Source: Eledone cirrhosa
Taxonomy: Eukaryota
NCBI GenBank assembly: GCA_964016885.1
Contig: OZ024741.1
Coordinates: forward strand, 365,304,001 to 365,368,000
Reading direction: 5' to 3'
DNA length: 64,000 nt
Under the pieces are notes generated by a model, which made no database searches, had not been told where the DNA came from, and saw only the letters and a list, made by a program, of their open reading frames with translations. The position numbers and the translations under genes were made by a program. Positions 13,935-25,082 of this stretch are shown piece after piece; the stretch's first letter is position 1; every line of letters begins with the position of its first letter.

Positions 13935-15892
13935 TTACTTACCTTCCGGGCTCTTGTGAAGATCGGGTTGTTCGACCGCCATAGTTGGTGGGGTTTCTTT
14001 TGGAACCCCTTTAAAAGTCTTGAAGTGGGTTTTACATTCGGGGTTCCCACGTCCCGAGGAAAGCTGTCTCGTATTTCTTTGTATAAATCGATCGACATTC
14101 GCACCACAACCAAATTTTCCGGCACGCGAAATGTGCTCGATTTAAAAATGTCCCCCTCTTTTTGTATATTTTCACTTCGTGCTATGAGGGCCATGAGTTC
14201 CTTGTTGGCCCTCCTGACGAGCACGAAGTTTTGTATGTTTTGTTGGTGTGATTTTATTTGTTTGCGTGGCTGTGGTGGTGATGGTTTTGGTGGTGTTGTT
14301 TCGGTTGTGTCTGTGTTTGTTGTGAGTGCGGTGTCTGTGGTTTCAGATGTTTGTGTGTGTATTTGTTCTTGCGTCTGTTTAGGTTCTTTGCGTTTGGGGG
14401 ATTCTGGTGATGGTGATGGTGGTGTTGATGTTGGTGTTATTGGAGAGATGTTTGCGTGGGTGGTGTCTGCTTTTTTTTTATTGTGGGGGATTTTGTGCTT
14501 TGTTGAGTTTTTTTTTTCTTTTTGCGTTTCCTTTTTTGTATTTTGGGGGATTTGGGTTTTCCCTCATCTTCACTACTGGTAGATGAGGGGTTTGTGTCTG
14601 TAAGTGTGTCTGTATGTATGTTTATGGTTTTATTGGTGTGTGTATTTTGGGGGGGAGGGGGAATTTAACAGCTTTCCTCGTTTCCCCCCTCGGTGGTCAA
14701 TGTTGGTGGTGGTCTTTCTATTGGTGTTGTTGTTGGTGGTTTTGCCAGTGCTGGTGTTGGTTGTGCTCCTCGCCCCGTCGTCGGCAGCAGTGGAGCCTTT
14801 CGACCCCTTGCCTCTTTCAGTAGTTGAGGGAAGAAGGCTCGCAAAGGGTTTTTTCCCCACAAACAAAACACTGAGGCTTTTTGCCTTCGGTCATAATGTG
14901 AATGACCGTCACATTCTGAAGGCGGATGTGGTCCGGGATTGTCTTCACATTCTCGGGCCTGATCTGGAGAAGGATCTCCAGGTCAACCCCGGACCAGTTC
15001 TCTCTGGCCGTTCTGGTCACTTCTATAGGGACGTTATCCGTCTCCTCCACAATCACACATCCCAGAAGCCACCACATATCAAGTCCTGGTGGGATTCTGA
15101 GAATGCAGAGACGGGCCGTTCTTTTTCCTATGTGGGAGGGGTACATTATGACCTTGCTGGTTTTGCAAGGAGTCATAGCGTGTTTCATAGTGAGGGCTTC
15201 TGACTTGAACAACACCGAAATGGTGCCGTACTGTCTTCTCTGATGTACCTCATCGCGACTTCGACAGCTTCTTGTGGGATTAAACTGCTCTTTTGGTTTG
15301 TGCTGAGATGCATCTATAATGCACCGTTCTGCGCTCCACTGCCTCAATAGCTTCTACCGGGACAGTTAATTTGGCCCAGGTTTGCTCTTGCTTGATGAGC
15401 TTCCATGCCTGGGCCAACTTTTCATATTTGTTTGAGAGGTCCATGTTGAAGCATGGCCTCTTTTTTGCTGCTGCCGTAGCGAAAGTGTTCTTCTTGTTTT
15501 CGTTGGGGGTGTCGTTGCCGTTGTCGTTGTTCTTGTTGGTTTTGTTGTTATCACTGTCGCTGTTATTATTGTTGTCTTTGTTGCCACCGTTGTTCTCGGT
15601 GCAGTTGGTATTGTTGCTGTTGATGTTGTCGCTACTTGTTTTCATGTTAGTGGTGTTGATATATTTTGTTGCATTTGTCATTTTTTTTTGTTATCTGTAT
15701 TTTCCTTGTCGCTGTTACTGTCATTTTTTTCAAAATTAGAGTTCTCATTGGTATCATTGGTGTCTTTGTTTACATTGTTTGTGGTGGTGTTTGTGTTATC
15801 AATTTGTGTTATTTCGCTGTAGCTCTCCTCTCAACTTCTACGTAGTTGTGGCACGACAGCAGACATATCGCTGGGAGGCGTGGCTCAGCCAT
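13935..15892 (-). pseudogene. Tx1 copy 1 ORF1 (Asn/Thr-rich N-terminus, putative RNA-binding core, zinc-knuckle remnant), frameshifted
   Basis: ATG at 15892 after an A-run. Pieces are homologous to ORF1 of the other copies (GTISVLFK, PPGLDMWWLLG, PQCFVCGE). Confidence 0.8.
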
Positions 15893-16086
15893 GTTTTTTT
15901 TTTTCTCTGAAATTTTTTAAAATGTAAAAAAATGTTCAAATATTTGGGCCAAAAGGCCCAAATATTATACTTTCCCCTTCACAGGGCTTATATCCCTTAC
16001 ACAACAAGAAATATTTAACAACAAATAATTTTAACAGGCAAATAAAGCGACTTACTGGGAGCGAGCAAAATACGTCCGATTAGACC

Positions 16087-16155
<69 letters not shown>
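16087..16155. repeat. (AAT)n spacer between Tx1 copies 1 and 2
   Basis: Pure tract joining the 5' end of copy 1 to the 3' end of copy 2. Confidence 0.98.
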
Positions 16156-16157
<2 letters not shown>

Positions 16158-16405
16158 TTTCTTTATTAACCACAAGGGTTTACATAAAGTAAACATTAAG
16201 GACAGTGCAGGACAATGCAGGACGGTACAAATGGGCATTTCTGCGTGTAAAAAACAAAAACTGAGGATGTAACAAAAAATAACAATGAAAAATTCCCCAA
16301 TAGGGGGGAGACTTCGGAGGGACATTTGTGGAGAGTGCCCAGTTAAAACCCACAATGACCCTGACCACCAAGGCAAGTGCCCTCTCCCAGTTTTCCACCT
16401 TTAAT

Positions 16406-19400
16406 TTACAGATATATACTCAGAGTAGGCCCATTCAGTCGGGCCATTCTTGCTTCTCTCACCCATCTTTCAACAAAATGCTGGGAAGAGAGCACTTCCC
16501 TCTCTACTCTGATTTTCCTTTTCAAATGAAATTTGAAAAAGTCAATCAGGGCATCACCGAAGAGGTAAGTGCTCGTCTTCAGCCCTTTCAAACGTGTCCA
16601 CCATACTATCTCTTTCGCCATGGCCACCAGACAGATAAAAACTGCCTGCCCTTCCCGGCTAAAGGAAGAGGGCAGGGCAATCCTCAGGATGGACTCAGAT
16701 GATAGCCGGATCCGTCCTACACGCGACAGCAGGTGTTCGACATAAACCCACAAGTCAGCAATTTTCGGACACTGGACGAGTGCGTGCAGGACGGTTTCGT
16801 CGCCCTCCGCGCATCTCGGACATGTCCGGCTGACGGCACCTCCATGCCTGTAGAGTTTATCCCGAACTGGCAAGGCTCCTCGGTAGCACTGCCAGGCCAG
16901 AGATTTCTGGAAGTTGTCCATAGGCCCCGGCCCGAAAGTTCTTCCGAAGAGATTGGCTAGTTGATTTTCGTCGACGCCTAGAGTTTCCCCAAGTATGTCG
17001 TCGCTCTTCCCCTCCACTAATCCTCTATAGAACGCCGAGGTGGAGTTTCCACCGATCACATTGCCCGATTGGTCGAGGGCTGTGAGCGCCTGAAGATATT
17101 CCAGTCTCCAGGCGCTCCCTCTCGGTCTTCGCTTGACCCAGGACTGCAGCTCCGTCAAGGAAACGAGCTGGGGAAATACGTGTCTAGCAAACGGCGACCA
17201 CACCTGATCACCGTCGAGGAAGAGGTGGAGATGTCGTAGCCTGCGCATCATCAGCCACGGCATGCCCAGCCCTCCACGTAGCGGGTGTTGACAACAGATG
17301 GACCGCCTGACCATCGGAGCACGTCCCTTCCACAAAAAGCGAAAGAGCAAACGCTCCAGCGCAATCAGGCGAGGCTTAGGACAAGGTACGACGGTCAGGC
17401 GGTAGCAGATGACAGACGCGATGTACGCGTTAGCCACCTCCGCTCGACCTTTCAGGGATAGCTTCCTCTCCGCCCATTTCTGGGTGAGAGAAGCCACCCT
17501 GCTCGTCACCTCGTCCCGGTTTTTGTCCGTCTGGAGGTCCGGACCGAACCAGACCCCTAGCAGTTTAACCGGTCCGTCCGTCCAGCGTCCGACGACGCTG
17601 TTGGACGGCATGGACCTGCCTCTCCAGGTGCCGAGCTGCAGGCCCACTGACTTTTCCTGGTTGATCATTGCTCCTGTCACCGCTTCGTATTCTCTTAGTG
17701 TAGTGCCGATCGCCTCGATGTGTTTGGCGTTCGACACCACTACGGTGACATCGTCCGCATATGCTGACACGGATCTTCCGCATCCTAGTTCGCGCGGGAC
17801 TCCCCTCAACGTCTCCAGTTTGTGCAGTAATGGCTCGAGAGTCAATACGTACAAGAGGGACGAGAGGGGACATCCTTGGCGGACCGAGCGCATGATGTTG
17901 AACGGTTCCGACAGGTGACCGTTCACTCTCACCACAGAGCAGATGTCGCTGTGCATGGCAGCGATCCAGCCTCTGAAGACGGGCCCAAAGCCAGCCGCCC
18001 TCAGGACTGCCGCTAGGTAACGATGGTCGACCCTATCGAAAGCTTTCGACTGATCTAAATTGATCAAGGACCCACCCGTGCCAGGTTCCTTAGCTACCCT
18101 CTCTATGATGTATCGCATGAGGTGGAGGTTGTCGTGGATTGATCTGTCGGGAATGGCGCATGTCTGCGCCTCTCCCACCAGACCACCAACGACAAGCGCC
18201 AACCTCTTTGCTAGCACCTTGGCCAAAATCTTGAACTCTGTGTTTAGCAGAGTTATGGGCCGGAAATTATCTATGTTATCCCCCTTGTTCGGATCCTTTC
18301 TCAGCAGTGCCACCGCTCCTCGGCTCACAGAACTGGGAATTCTCCCGTTCTGTTGCCAGTTGCAGTAGACGTCCGCCAAGAGGCCTCCGAACAAGTCTGG
18401 CATCTGTACGTAAAGTTCATAGGGCAGACCATCCAAACCAGGCGATTTACCCCTTGTGCAGCCAGTCATTGCCTCCCTTACTTCAGCGGCTGTTATCGGC
18501 TTTTCGCAACGCTTCGCCTCAGTGGCCGAGAGCCGCGGCAGTCCGTCGAGGTAGACACTAAAGTCCATCCCTCTACCCGGCCCACCGCTGCCCCCGAACA
18601 GCTGAGCGAAGTGTCGCTGAAAAGCTTCACACATTTTCCCGGGATCGAGTAGCATGCGCCCGTCGTGGTCCACCAAAGACCGGATCGTGGCTTTGTTGCC
18701 ACGACGCGCCTCCGCCACTCGGGCCCATTGAACGGCTTTCGTCCCCTCGTGTCTGAGAGCACGCACCCTTGCTCTGACAACGCACCCTTCGTGCTTTGCA
18801 TTGAAGAATTGGTCAAGGGCCAATTTCGCCGCAAGCACGTCGGTCGCAACGCCTTTGCTAAGCGCCTCGTCTAATTTTCTAACTAGTTCTCCCTCTGCTC
18901 TATTTTTCTCTATTGCTAAAGCCTTACTAAACCTAATCGATTCTATTCTAATCGCTCTTTTCAGAGCAAACCACCACTTGTTGTTGACGATGGCCCCCGT
19001 CAACGCCCGCTTAACTAGTTCGCTAATCCGGTCTCTGTAGGCCTTGCGCGCTGGTAAGGACGCGTTTAGCTTCCAGTAGCCGGGTCCTCGTCTATGAAGC
19101 CTATCTAAGTCAAGCACACAGATCACGAATTTGTGGTCCGTGTAGTTGACTATCTTGAATTGTGGACAGCCTATGCTAGACCTATCTATTTCCCTACAAA
19201 ATACTCTATCTAGATATGATCTGGATGATCCTATGCGATTTGTCCAAGTCCACATTGGCACATTCGGGAAATCCAATCGGTACCTGTCTGACAGTTCAAA
19301 ACGCCTGAGCAGGTTGGTGAGGCTCTTGCACCCTCCACTCCTATCCGCTAATCCCACACAGTCCCAGCGTGCATCTAAGATCCCGTTCCAGTCGCCCACT

Positions 19401-19813
19401 AACACTAAAGAGCGGGACGTTCCAAGAAAGGTCTCCAGACGCCGGAAGAAATCAGGCCGCCCTGCTCCTGTCGGGGCATAGACGGCCACTAGCCTGAAAG
19501 CTTGCCCGTCTCCGCTGGTCACGTCCAGCACCACCAGCTTACCCTCTGGGTCCAGGAAGATGGCCCGTATGGCAAGATCCAAACCTCTCCGAAAAAGCAC
19601 AGCAACTCCTCCACCCGATCCAGGACGGCTGGGAGATGCGTACACATCGTAGCCGCCGAAGATCGGTGCGAAGGCCCGTGCTTCGGAGATTCTGGTCTCG
19701 CTGATGGCCACTACATCTATGTTTAGTGACCTGAGGTCGTTGAGCAGGTGACCCTGCTTCCATGACGACCCCAAGCCACGCGCATTTATGCTGCCTATTC
19801 TGAGTGAGGTCAT
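16406..19813 (-). CDS. Tx1/L1-type ORF2p: APE endonuclease + reverse transcriptase + C-terminal CCHC zinc finger (1135 aa)
   Basis: APE motifs INARGL, SET, VYAP, GDWN, YLDR, TDH; RT motifs KSPGLDG, FRPITLLN, KAFDRVDH, RQGCPLS, YADD; zinc finger CPRC-x-ETVLH-x-C. Confidence 0.96.
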   Translation of the reverse strand: MTSLRIGSINARGLGSSWKQGHLLNDLRSLNIDVVAISETRISEARAFAPIFGGYDVYASPSRPGSGGGVAVLFRRGLDLAIRAIFLDPEGKLVVLDVTSGDGQAFRLVAVYAPTGAGRPDFFRRLETFLGTSRSLVLVGDWNGILDARWDCVGLADRSGGCKSLTNLLRRFELSDRYRLDFPNVPMWTWTNRIGSSRSYLDRVFCREIDRSSIGCPQFKIVNYTDHKFVICVLDLDRLHRRGPGYWKLNASLPARKAYRDRISELVKRALTGAIVNNKWWFALKRAIRIESIRFSKALAIEKNRAEGELVRKLDEALSKGVATDVLAAKLALDQFFNAKHEGCVVRARVRALRHEGTKAVQWARVAEARRGNKATIRSLVDHDGRMLLDPGKMCEAFQRHFAQLFGGSGGPGRGMDFSVYLDGLPRLSATEAKRCEKPITAAEVREAMTGCTRGKSPGLDGLPYELYVQMPDLFGGLLADVYCNWQQNGRIPSSVSRGAVALLRKDPNKGDNIDNFRPITLLNTEFKILAKVLAKRLALVVGGLVGEAQTCAIPDRSIHDNLHLMRYIIERVAKEPGTGGSLINLDQSKAFDRVDHRYLAAVLRAAGFGPVFRGWIAAMHSDICSVVRVNGHLSEPFNIMRSVRQGCPLSSLLYVLTLEPLLHKLETLRGVPRELGCGRSVSAYADDVTVVVSNAKHIEAIGTTLREYEAVTGAMINQEKSVGLQLGTWRGRSMPSNSVVGRWTDGPVKLLGVWFGPDLQTDKNRDEVTSRVASLTQKWAERKLSLKGRAEVANAYIASVICYRLTVVPCPKPRLIALERLLFRFLWKGRAPMVRRSICCQHPLRGGLGMPWLMMRRLRHLHLFLDGDQVWSPFARHVFPQLVSLTELQSWVKRRPRGSAWRLEYLQALTALDQSGNVIGGNSTSAFYRGLVEGKSDDILGETLGVDENQLANLFGRTFGPGPMDNFQKSLAWQCYRGALPVRDKLYRHGGAVSRTCPRCAEGDETVLHALVQCPKIADLWVYVEHLLSRVGRIRLSSESILRIALPSSFSREGQAVFICLVAMAKEIVWWTRLKGLKTSTYLFGDALIDFFKFHLKRKIRVEREVLSSQHFVERWVREARMARLNGPTLSIYL

Positions 19814-19848
19814 GTTTAAAATAGAGTGGAAAAGATGGGAAAGACCAC

Positions 19849-21950
19849 TTACCGTACTTTTAGTAGAGGAGGGATGGTTTTTACATCCCTTTTCACTTGA
19901 TCGTCTGGTGAAGGGACCGTTGAATCGTCCCTTCGGCTGGTCGTCGGCTCTTCTAAGAGAATGTCTGAATATACTCTTCGATTGATGGTTCCTCCTAGGT
20001 CCCTGAAATCACCAACTGCGTTGGGGAATTTCGTTTTAATGTTTGTGTATTGTTTCTGTGCTATTTTTAGCAGTCTTATGTTAGTTGGCGTTTTGATTGG
20101 TGCTGGTATTATGTAGTCCTGTTGTGAAATGTCTGTGTGTTCAATTATGTAAGTCATTAGTTTCTTGTTGTGTGTATTTATTGCCGTGCATTTGTTTTTC
20201 TGGGGGTGGGGTGTGGTTCTGCTATTTTCTTGTCGTTGTTGCTGGATGTGTGTGTTTTGTTGTTGTGTTTGCAATGTTGGTGCTTGTGGTGGTGGTGTTG
20301 AAGGTGTTGTTGGCGGTGGGGTTGTCGCCGGTGGTGATGGTGGTGCTAGTGTGGGTGGTGATGGTGTTGGTGGTGTTGCTGCTGTGGGTCTCTTTGCAGT
20401 AGACTTTACCCTTTTCTCATTTCTTTCCTCCCTTTTCAAAGGCAACGATGCGCTGCTTCTGCGTTTGTGCCTTCTTACGACCTTTTGCCATCCCTCTCCC
20501 ACCTCACACTCCATGTCTGATTCTGTGAAGTCGGGGAGGGGTACCAGCTCCACTCTTTCACTTGTTGTTGTTGGTGATGTTTGCACTGGAGTCTCTGTTG
20601 CAGCTGCATTTGGTATTGCTGTTGTTGTTGTTAATATTTCCACTGCTGCTGCTGTTTTTGATTTCCGTGGCGTGGGTATGGGTGCCACGGACCTATCGTT
20701 CCTGGTTGCCGCTTGTCCTGTTGCTGGTAGCCGTGGAGCCGGATTCGGAAGGAGGGGGGTTTTCTCCTTTCTCAGGGTCTTCTCGTTGCAGAAGGCCCTG
20801 ATGTGAGTCTTCGATCCACAGCGAAAGCATTTCGGGCGTTTGCCCTCAACACCTATGGGCAGTTGAGTGCCGTTATCGAAGTCTATCACATCCGGGATAG
20901 CTTCGATGCACTCCTGGTTGGTTTGGATTAGCATCTCAATGGAGGTGCCGACCCAATCTTCTCTTACTTGTTTCTGTACTTGCAGTACAGTTGTTTTGTC
21001 CTCGATTCCGACGAGGACAGACGCGGCCAGCCAAGAAGGGGCCATTCCGGGGGGGACGTGGGTCAGTTTGACCCTCACAAATTTTGCCCGCAGTAGGAGG
21101 GCACCAACACCATTTCCTCGCTCCTTAGGGTCACTACGGATTGGGTTTTTGCCTCCTGGGGTGTGGCAAAAAGTACGTCTACGGTGGCATATTTTTTGCC
21201 TCGGGTGATGTGCGTTTTCCGCTGCCACACAGACCCCAAGGCTTTTTGTATTTGAGCCTCTGTGGCTCTTTCCACCCTACGGGATTTTGTACTTACTGTA
21301 CGGTACGTGACCGTACAGTGCTGTTGGGTTTCGAAAAAATTTTCCGCTGCCTTGCAAATTGCTCGGTGTCCATTCTTTGTCACCATCTTCTTCGCTTCCT
21401 CTAATTCCTCATTTGTTATGAGGATTGTTTCCAAGTTTTTCGCAATACCTGCAAATGAGATTGGTTTTTCTTTGCTGCAGTTGTTGTTGTTGTCGTCAGA
21501 GCTGCTGTTACTTTTGTTGTTGCTGCAGGTACTACGACTACTGCCTTCGCCGCTGTTGCTGTGGTTGTTGTTGGTGTTGCTGCTGCTAATGCTGTTGTTG
21601 TTTATGCTGCTGGTGATGCTGTTGCGGCTGCTACTGTTGTTTTCATTGTCACTGTTGCTGTTGTTATTACGGCTGCTACTGCTATTATTCCTGACGTCAG
21701 ACGAATGAACTGGGTTTTCGTATTTCCCGCACACCTGTTTCGTCGCTGTCGTCGTCGTCGTGGAGAAACCTTGCATGCTTTGCACGAGACTTTTCTTTTC
21801 TTTCGTCACTTGCGAAAGAGAAGGGAGGGAGAGAGACACATTTAAAGAAGGGAGGGAGAGAGACAATCTTCTCTCTACTGTAGTGACGATTGAGGAAAAA
21901 GAAGACGGAATGAGTGGGAGTGACCTATGCAAATTCTTTTTCGTAGCCAT
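19849..21950 (-). pseudogene. Tx1 copy 2 ORF1 (gag-like, CCHC knuckle), one frameshift near 21080
   Basis: ORFs 21986-21075 and 21228-19849 join into one protein. Knuckle CFRCGSKTHIRAFC, Asn/Ser-rich N-terminus, Pro/Thr-rich C-terminus. Likely ATG at 21950. Confidence 0.85.
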
Positions 21951-22184
21951 GTTGTTTTTTTTGTTTAAAATACATATTGGGTACAAAACCCCAATAAGCA
22001 GTTATTTAACCCCTAAGGGCCAAATAACGGGCAGAAAGACCCCTCTCACGAGGAGGAGGGTGTTTTTGTCTACAAGTTGGTCTAAGTTTTAAACAATTTA
22101 CAATTGTTATAGCGTTCAAAATTTACAGTACCTTACAGAGCCAAGCCTCCGTCAACCATAGCATTCAATAATAATAATAATAAT

Positions 22185-24820
22185 GGGACACTAAAAAACA
22201 TAGACACTAAACATAGACTAGAAATAAAGTACAAACCTAGGAGGAAAAAGCTAAATATTATCATAGAGGAACTGAAGCAACGCATTGTAGCAAAAAGTGC
22301 AAAAATCAGGCGATACGAGAACGGAGTCAGCCAGTATAGACAGAACCGCATGTTCGACAACAACCAGAAGATGCTGTTTGGACAGCTTGAAGGGAAAGAA
22401 AGAGGCAACGACTTGATCCCTGAGGCGGAACAAACTAAAACATTCTGGAGAGGAATATGGGAGCAGGATGTTAAACATAATGACCAGGCAGTGTGGATTG
22501 AGACAGTACAGAAGGAGATCAGTGAACAAGCACGCCAACAAACTGATTTGAGTATCACAGTTGAAACTCTTAAGGGGCAGGCCAAAAAACTAACCAACTG
22601 GAAATCACCTGGCCCAGATGGTGTGCATGGGTATTGGATTAAAAACATAACATCCCTCCACCCGAAACTGACAACCATGTTCAATGACTGCTTGATGTCA
22701 GGTGAGGTACCAGAGTGGTTGACAAAAGGTACCACAGTTCTGATAATGAAAGACCGAATCAAGGGTAATGATGTTACCAACTATAGACCTATCACATGTC
22801 TGTCCGTAATGTGGAAACTGTTGACAAGCATTATGTCTGAGGAAATCTACCATCACCTCTACACAAACAACTTGTTACCGGACGAACAGAAAGGATGCCG
22901 AAAGAAGTCACGTGGTACAAAGGACCAGTTACTTATTGATAAGATGGTAATGAGGAATTGCAAGAGGAGACACACTGGTCTTGACATGGGATGGATAGAC
23001 TACAAAAAGGCATTTGACATGGTGCCTCATTCTTGGATCACGAAAAGCCTGGAGATCTTCAAGGTGGCAGATAACATCAGGCAGTTGTTGGGCAAAAGTA
23101 TGAAGTCCTGGAAAACAGAGTTAACATCAACTGGAGAATCCTTGGTAAGAGTGAAGATCAAGAGAGGTATCTTCCAGGGAGATAGTCTGTCCCCTCTGTT
23201 GTTTGTCCTTGCCCTGATGCCCCTGACCAGTGTACTGCGAAAAGTGAGAGCAGGATACAGGTTGGGAAAGAGAGGGCTTACCATCAATCACCTCCTCTTC
23301 ATGGACGATCTTAAGCTCTTCGGGAAGAGTGAGAAGGAGTTGGATGTGCTTGTTGACACTGTCCGTATTTTCAGCAATGATATATGTATGCAATTTGGTA
23401 TTAGTAAGTGTGGAGTCATTGTGATGAGGAGGGGTAAGTTGAGCAGAAGTAACGGAATCCAGATACTAACAGGTGAGATGATAAAAGAAATTGACTCTGA
23501 AGAAGGATACAAGTATTTGGGCGTTCTGGAGGCTGATGACATCAAGAACAAAAAAATGAAGGAATTGATAAGAACTGAATACCTTCGGAGAGTAAGGAGC
23601 GTGTTAAAGTCACATCTGAACAGTAGGAATGCCATTAGTGCAGTAAATTCCCGAGCTGTGTCTATTATTAGGTACAGTGCGGGAATTCTGAGATGGAATG
23701 TTGCTGAACAAAAAGAAATGGATAGGAAGACTAGGAAGCTATTGACTATCTACAATATGTTCCACAAGAGGAGTGATGTCGATAGACTCTACTTAAGGAG
23801 ATCTGAGGTTGGAAGAGGTCTTATCAGCATAGAGGACTGTGTTCAGATGGAGAAAAACAACCTACACAAATACGCGACTGATAGTAAGGAGCCAATGTTC
23901 AGAGCTGTACTCAAGGAGGGGACAATAGGCCAGGGGAGGTCCAAGGTGGAAATAACATCAAGGAGAAAGAGCAGCCTTCATGAAAAATCCCTTCATATTA
24001 CCTTCTTTGAGAAAACTGAATTCAGAGATCCACAGACATGGAACTGGTTGAAAAGAGGAGACCTTAAAAAGGCTACAGAAGGAATGTTAATGGCTGCGCA
24101 GGAGCAGGCCCTCAAAACGAAGTGGTTGAAACACCACATTTACAAGGAGGAGGCTAGCCCACTGTGCAGGATCTGTGGAGAGAGAGAGGAGACTGTGGCT
24201 CACATTGTATCCGAGTGTAAACACCTAGCCCAGACTCACTACAAGGGCTGGAGACATGATGTGATAGGCAGGGTGATCCACTGGCACCTATGCAAAGTAA
24301 ACAATTTACCACATTCTGAGAAGTGGTATGAGCATAAGCCAGAGGCGGTGATAGAAAACGATCAGGTGAAGGTGCTGTGGAATTTTAGGATACAGACAGA
24401 CAAGAAACTGCAACACAATAGGCCTGACCTGGTGGCTTTGGACAAAGAAAAAAGATCGTGCCTGATTGTGGATGTGGCCTGCCCATTCGACACGAGAGTG
24501 CAAGAGAAGGAGAGGGAGAAAATTAACCGATACCAGGACTTAAAGTGGGAGGTAAAAAGGATTTGGAACTGCCATGAAGTCAAAGTGATCCCGATTGTCA
24601 TAGGCGCACTAGGGACTATCTCAAAAAGTTTCCAGGGATGGTTAAAGAAAATTGGCCCCTTCACGCTTTTTGGAACGCTTCAAAAGTCATGCTTGCTGGG
24701 AACAGCAAGAACCCTCCAATACGTCCTGAATATCTGAGGCTGCAGGTAGTGGCTTGATATTCATTTCAACAAACTTTCCATTTAACTAACATCAATGACT
24801 GAGACTCAAAGAGTATTAAC
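22185..24820 (+). mobile_element. 5'-truncated Dong/R4-clade LINE (RT + restriction-like endonuclease)
   Basis: Bounded by (AAT)n on both sides; single ORF and short 3'UTR. (TAA)n is the known target of Dong elements. Confidence 0.92.
22350..24737 (+). CDS. R4/Dong polyprotein: RT, CCHC knuckle, PD-(D/E)xK RLE (frame open from 22185)
   Basis: WKSPGPDG, NYRPITCL, EQKGC, DYKKAFD, GIFQGDSLSP, FMDD, CRIC..ETVAHIVSEC, RHD, RPDLV, IVDVACP, EKINRY. Confidence 0.95.
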   Translation: MFDNNQKMLFGQLEGKERGNDLIPEAEQTKTFWRGIWEQDVKHNDQAVWIETVQKEISEQARQQTDLSITVETLKGQAKKLTNWKSPGPDGVHGYWIKNITSLHPKLTTMFNDCLMSGEVPEWLTKGTTVLIMKDRIKGNDVTNYRPITCLSVMWKLLTSIMSEEIYHHLYTNNLLPDEQKGCRKKSRGTKDQLLIDKMVMRNCKRRHTGLDMGWIDYKKAFDMVPHSWITKSLEIFKVADNIRQLLGKSMKSWKTELTSTGESLVRVKIKRGIFQGDSLSPLLFVLALMPLTSVLRKVRAGYRLGKRGLTINHLLFMDDLKLFGKSEKELDVLVDTVRIFSNDICMQFGISKCGVIVMRRGKLSRSNGIQILTGEMIKEIDSEEGYKYLGVLEADDIKNKKMKELIRTEYLRRVRSVLKSHLNSRNAISAVNSRAVSIIRYSAGILRWNVAEQKEMDRKTRKLLTIYNMFHKRSDVDRLYLRRSEVGRGLISIEDCVQMEKNNLHKYATDSKEPMFRAVLKEGTIGQGRSKVEITSRRKSSLHEKSLHITFFEKTEFRDPQTWNWLKRGDLKKATEGMLMAAQEQALKTKWLKHHIYKEEASPLCRICGEREETVAHIVSECKHLAQTHYKGWRHDVIGRVIHWHLCKVNNLPHSEKWYEHKPEAVIENDQVKVLWNFRIQTDKKLQHNRPDLVALDKEKRSCLIVDVACPFDTRVQEKEREKINRYQDLKWEVKRIWNCHEVKVIPIVIGALGTISKSFQGWLKKIGPFTLFGTLQKSCLLGTARTLQYVLNI

Positions 24821-24847
24821 AATAATAATAATAATAATAATAATAAT

Positions 24848-25028
24848 TGTTTCTACTTTAGGCACAAGGCCAGCAATTACTCAGTGCATTACTGGTACTT
24901 TATTTTATCGACCCCGTAAGGATGAAAGGTAAAGTTAACCTCGGCGGGATTTGAACTTAGATCGTAAAGGGACGTAACTATGCTGGAAAGCATGGCGTCC
25001 GACCCTCTACTGATACTGCCAATTCACC
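24848..25028 (-). mobile_element. tRNA-derived SINE inserted in (ATT)n between Dong and Tx1 copy 3
   Basis: Reverse complement of the 9562 SINE, with (AAT)n tracts on both sides. Confidence 0.92.
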
Positions 25029-25074
<46 letters not shown>

Positions 25075-25082
25075 GTAATAAT

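Larger units (their letters stand above)
10272..16086 (-). mobile_element. Full-length, degenerate Tx1-clade LINE, copy 1 (subfamily A)
   Basis: 5' end GGTCTAATCGGACGT directly after (ATT)n; 3' end CCTTGTGGCCAATAAATGAAATC directly before ATT repeats; fragmented ORF1 and ORF2. Confidence 0.92.
16156..22166 (-). mobile_element. Full-length Tx1-clade LINE, copy 2 (subfamily B), near intact
   Basis: Both ends abut (ATT)n on the sense strand; two-ORF layout; ORF2 uninterrupted. Confidence 0.95.

Noticed and set aside
21070-21095. Possible programmed -1 frameshift in Tx1 copy 2 ORF1 (A AAT TTG then TGA)
   Set aside because: Copies 1 and 3 read through this position in frame and copy 4 has a different indel. 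A single-base loss or sequencing error is simpler.
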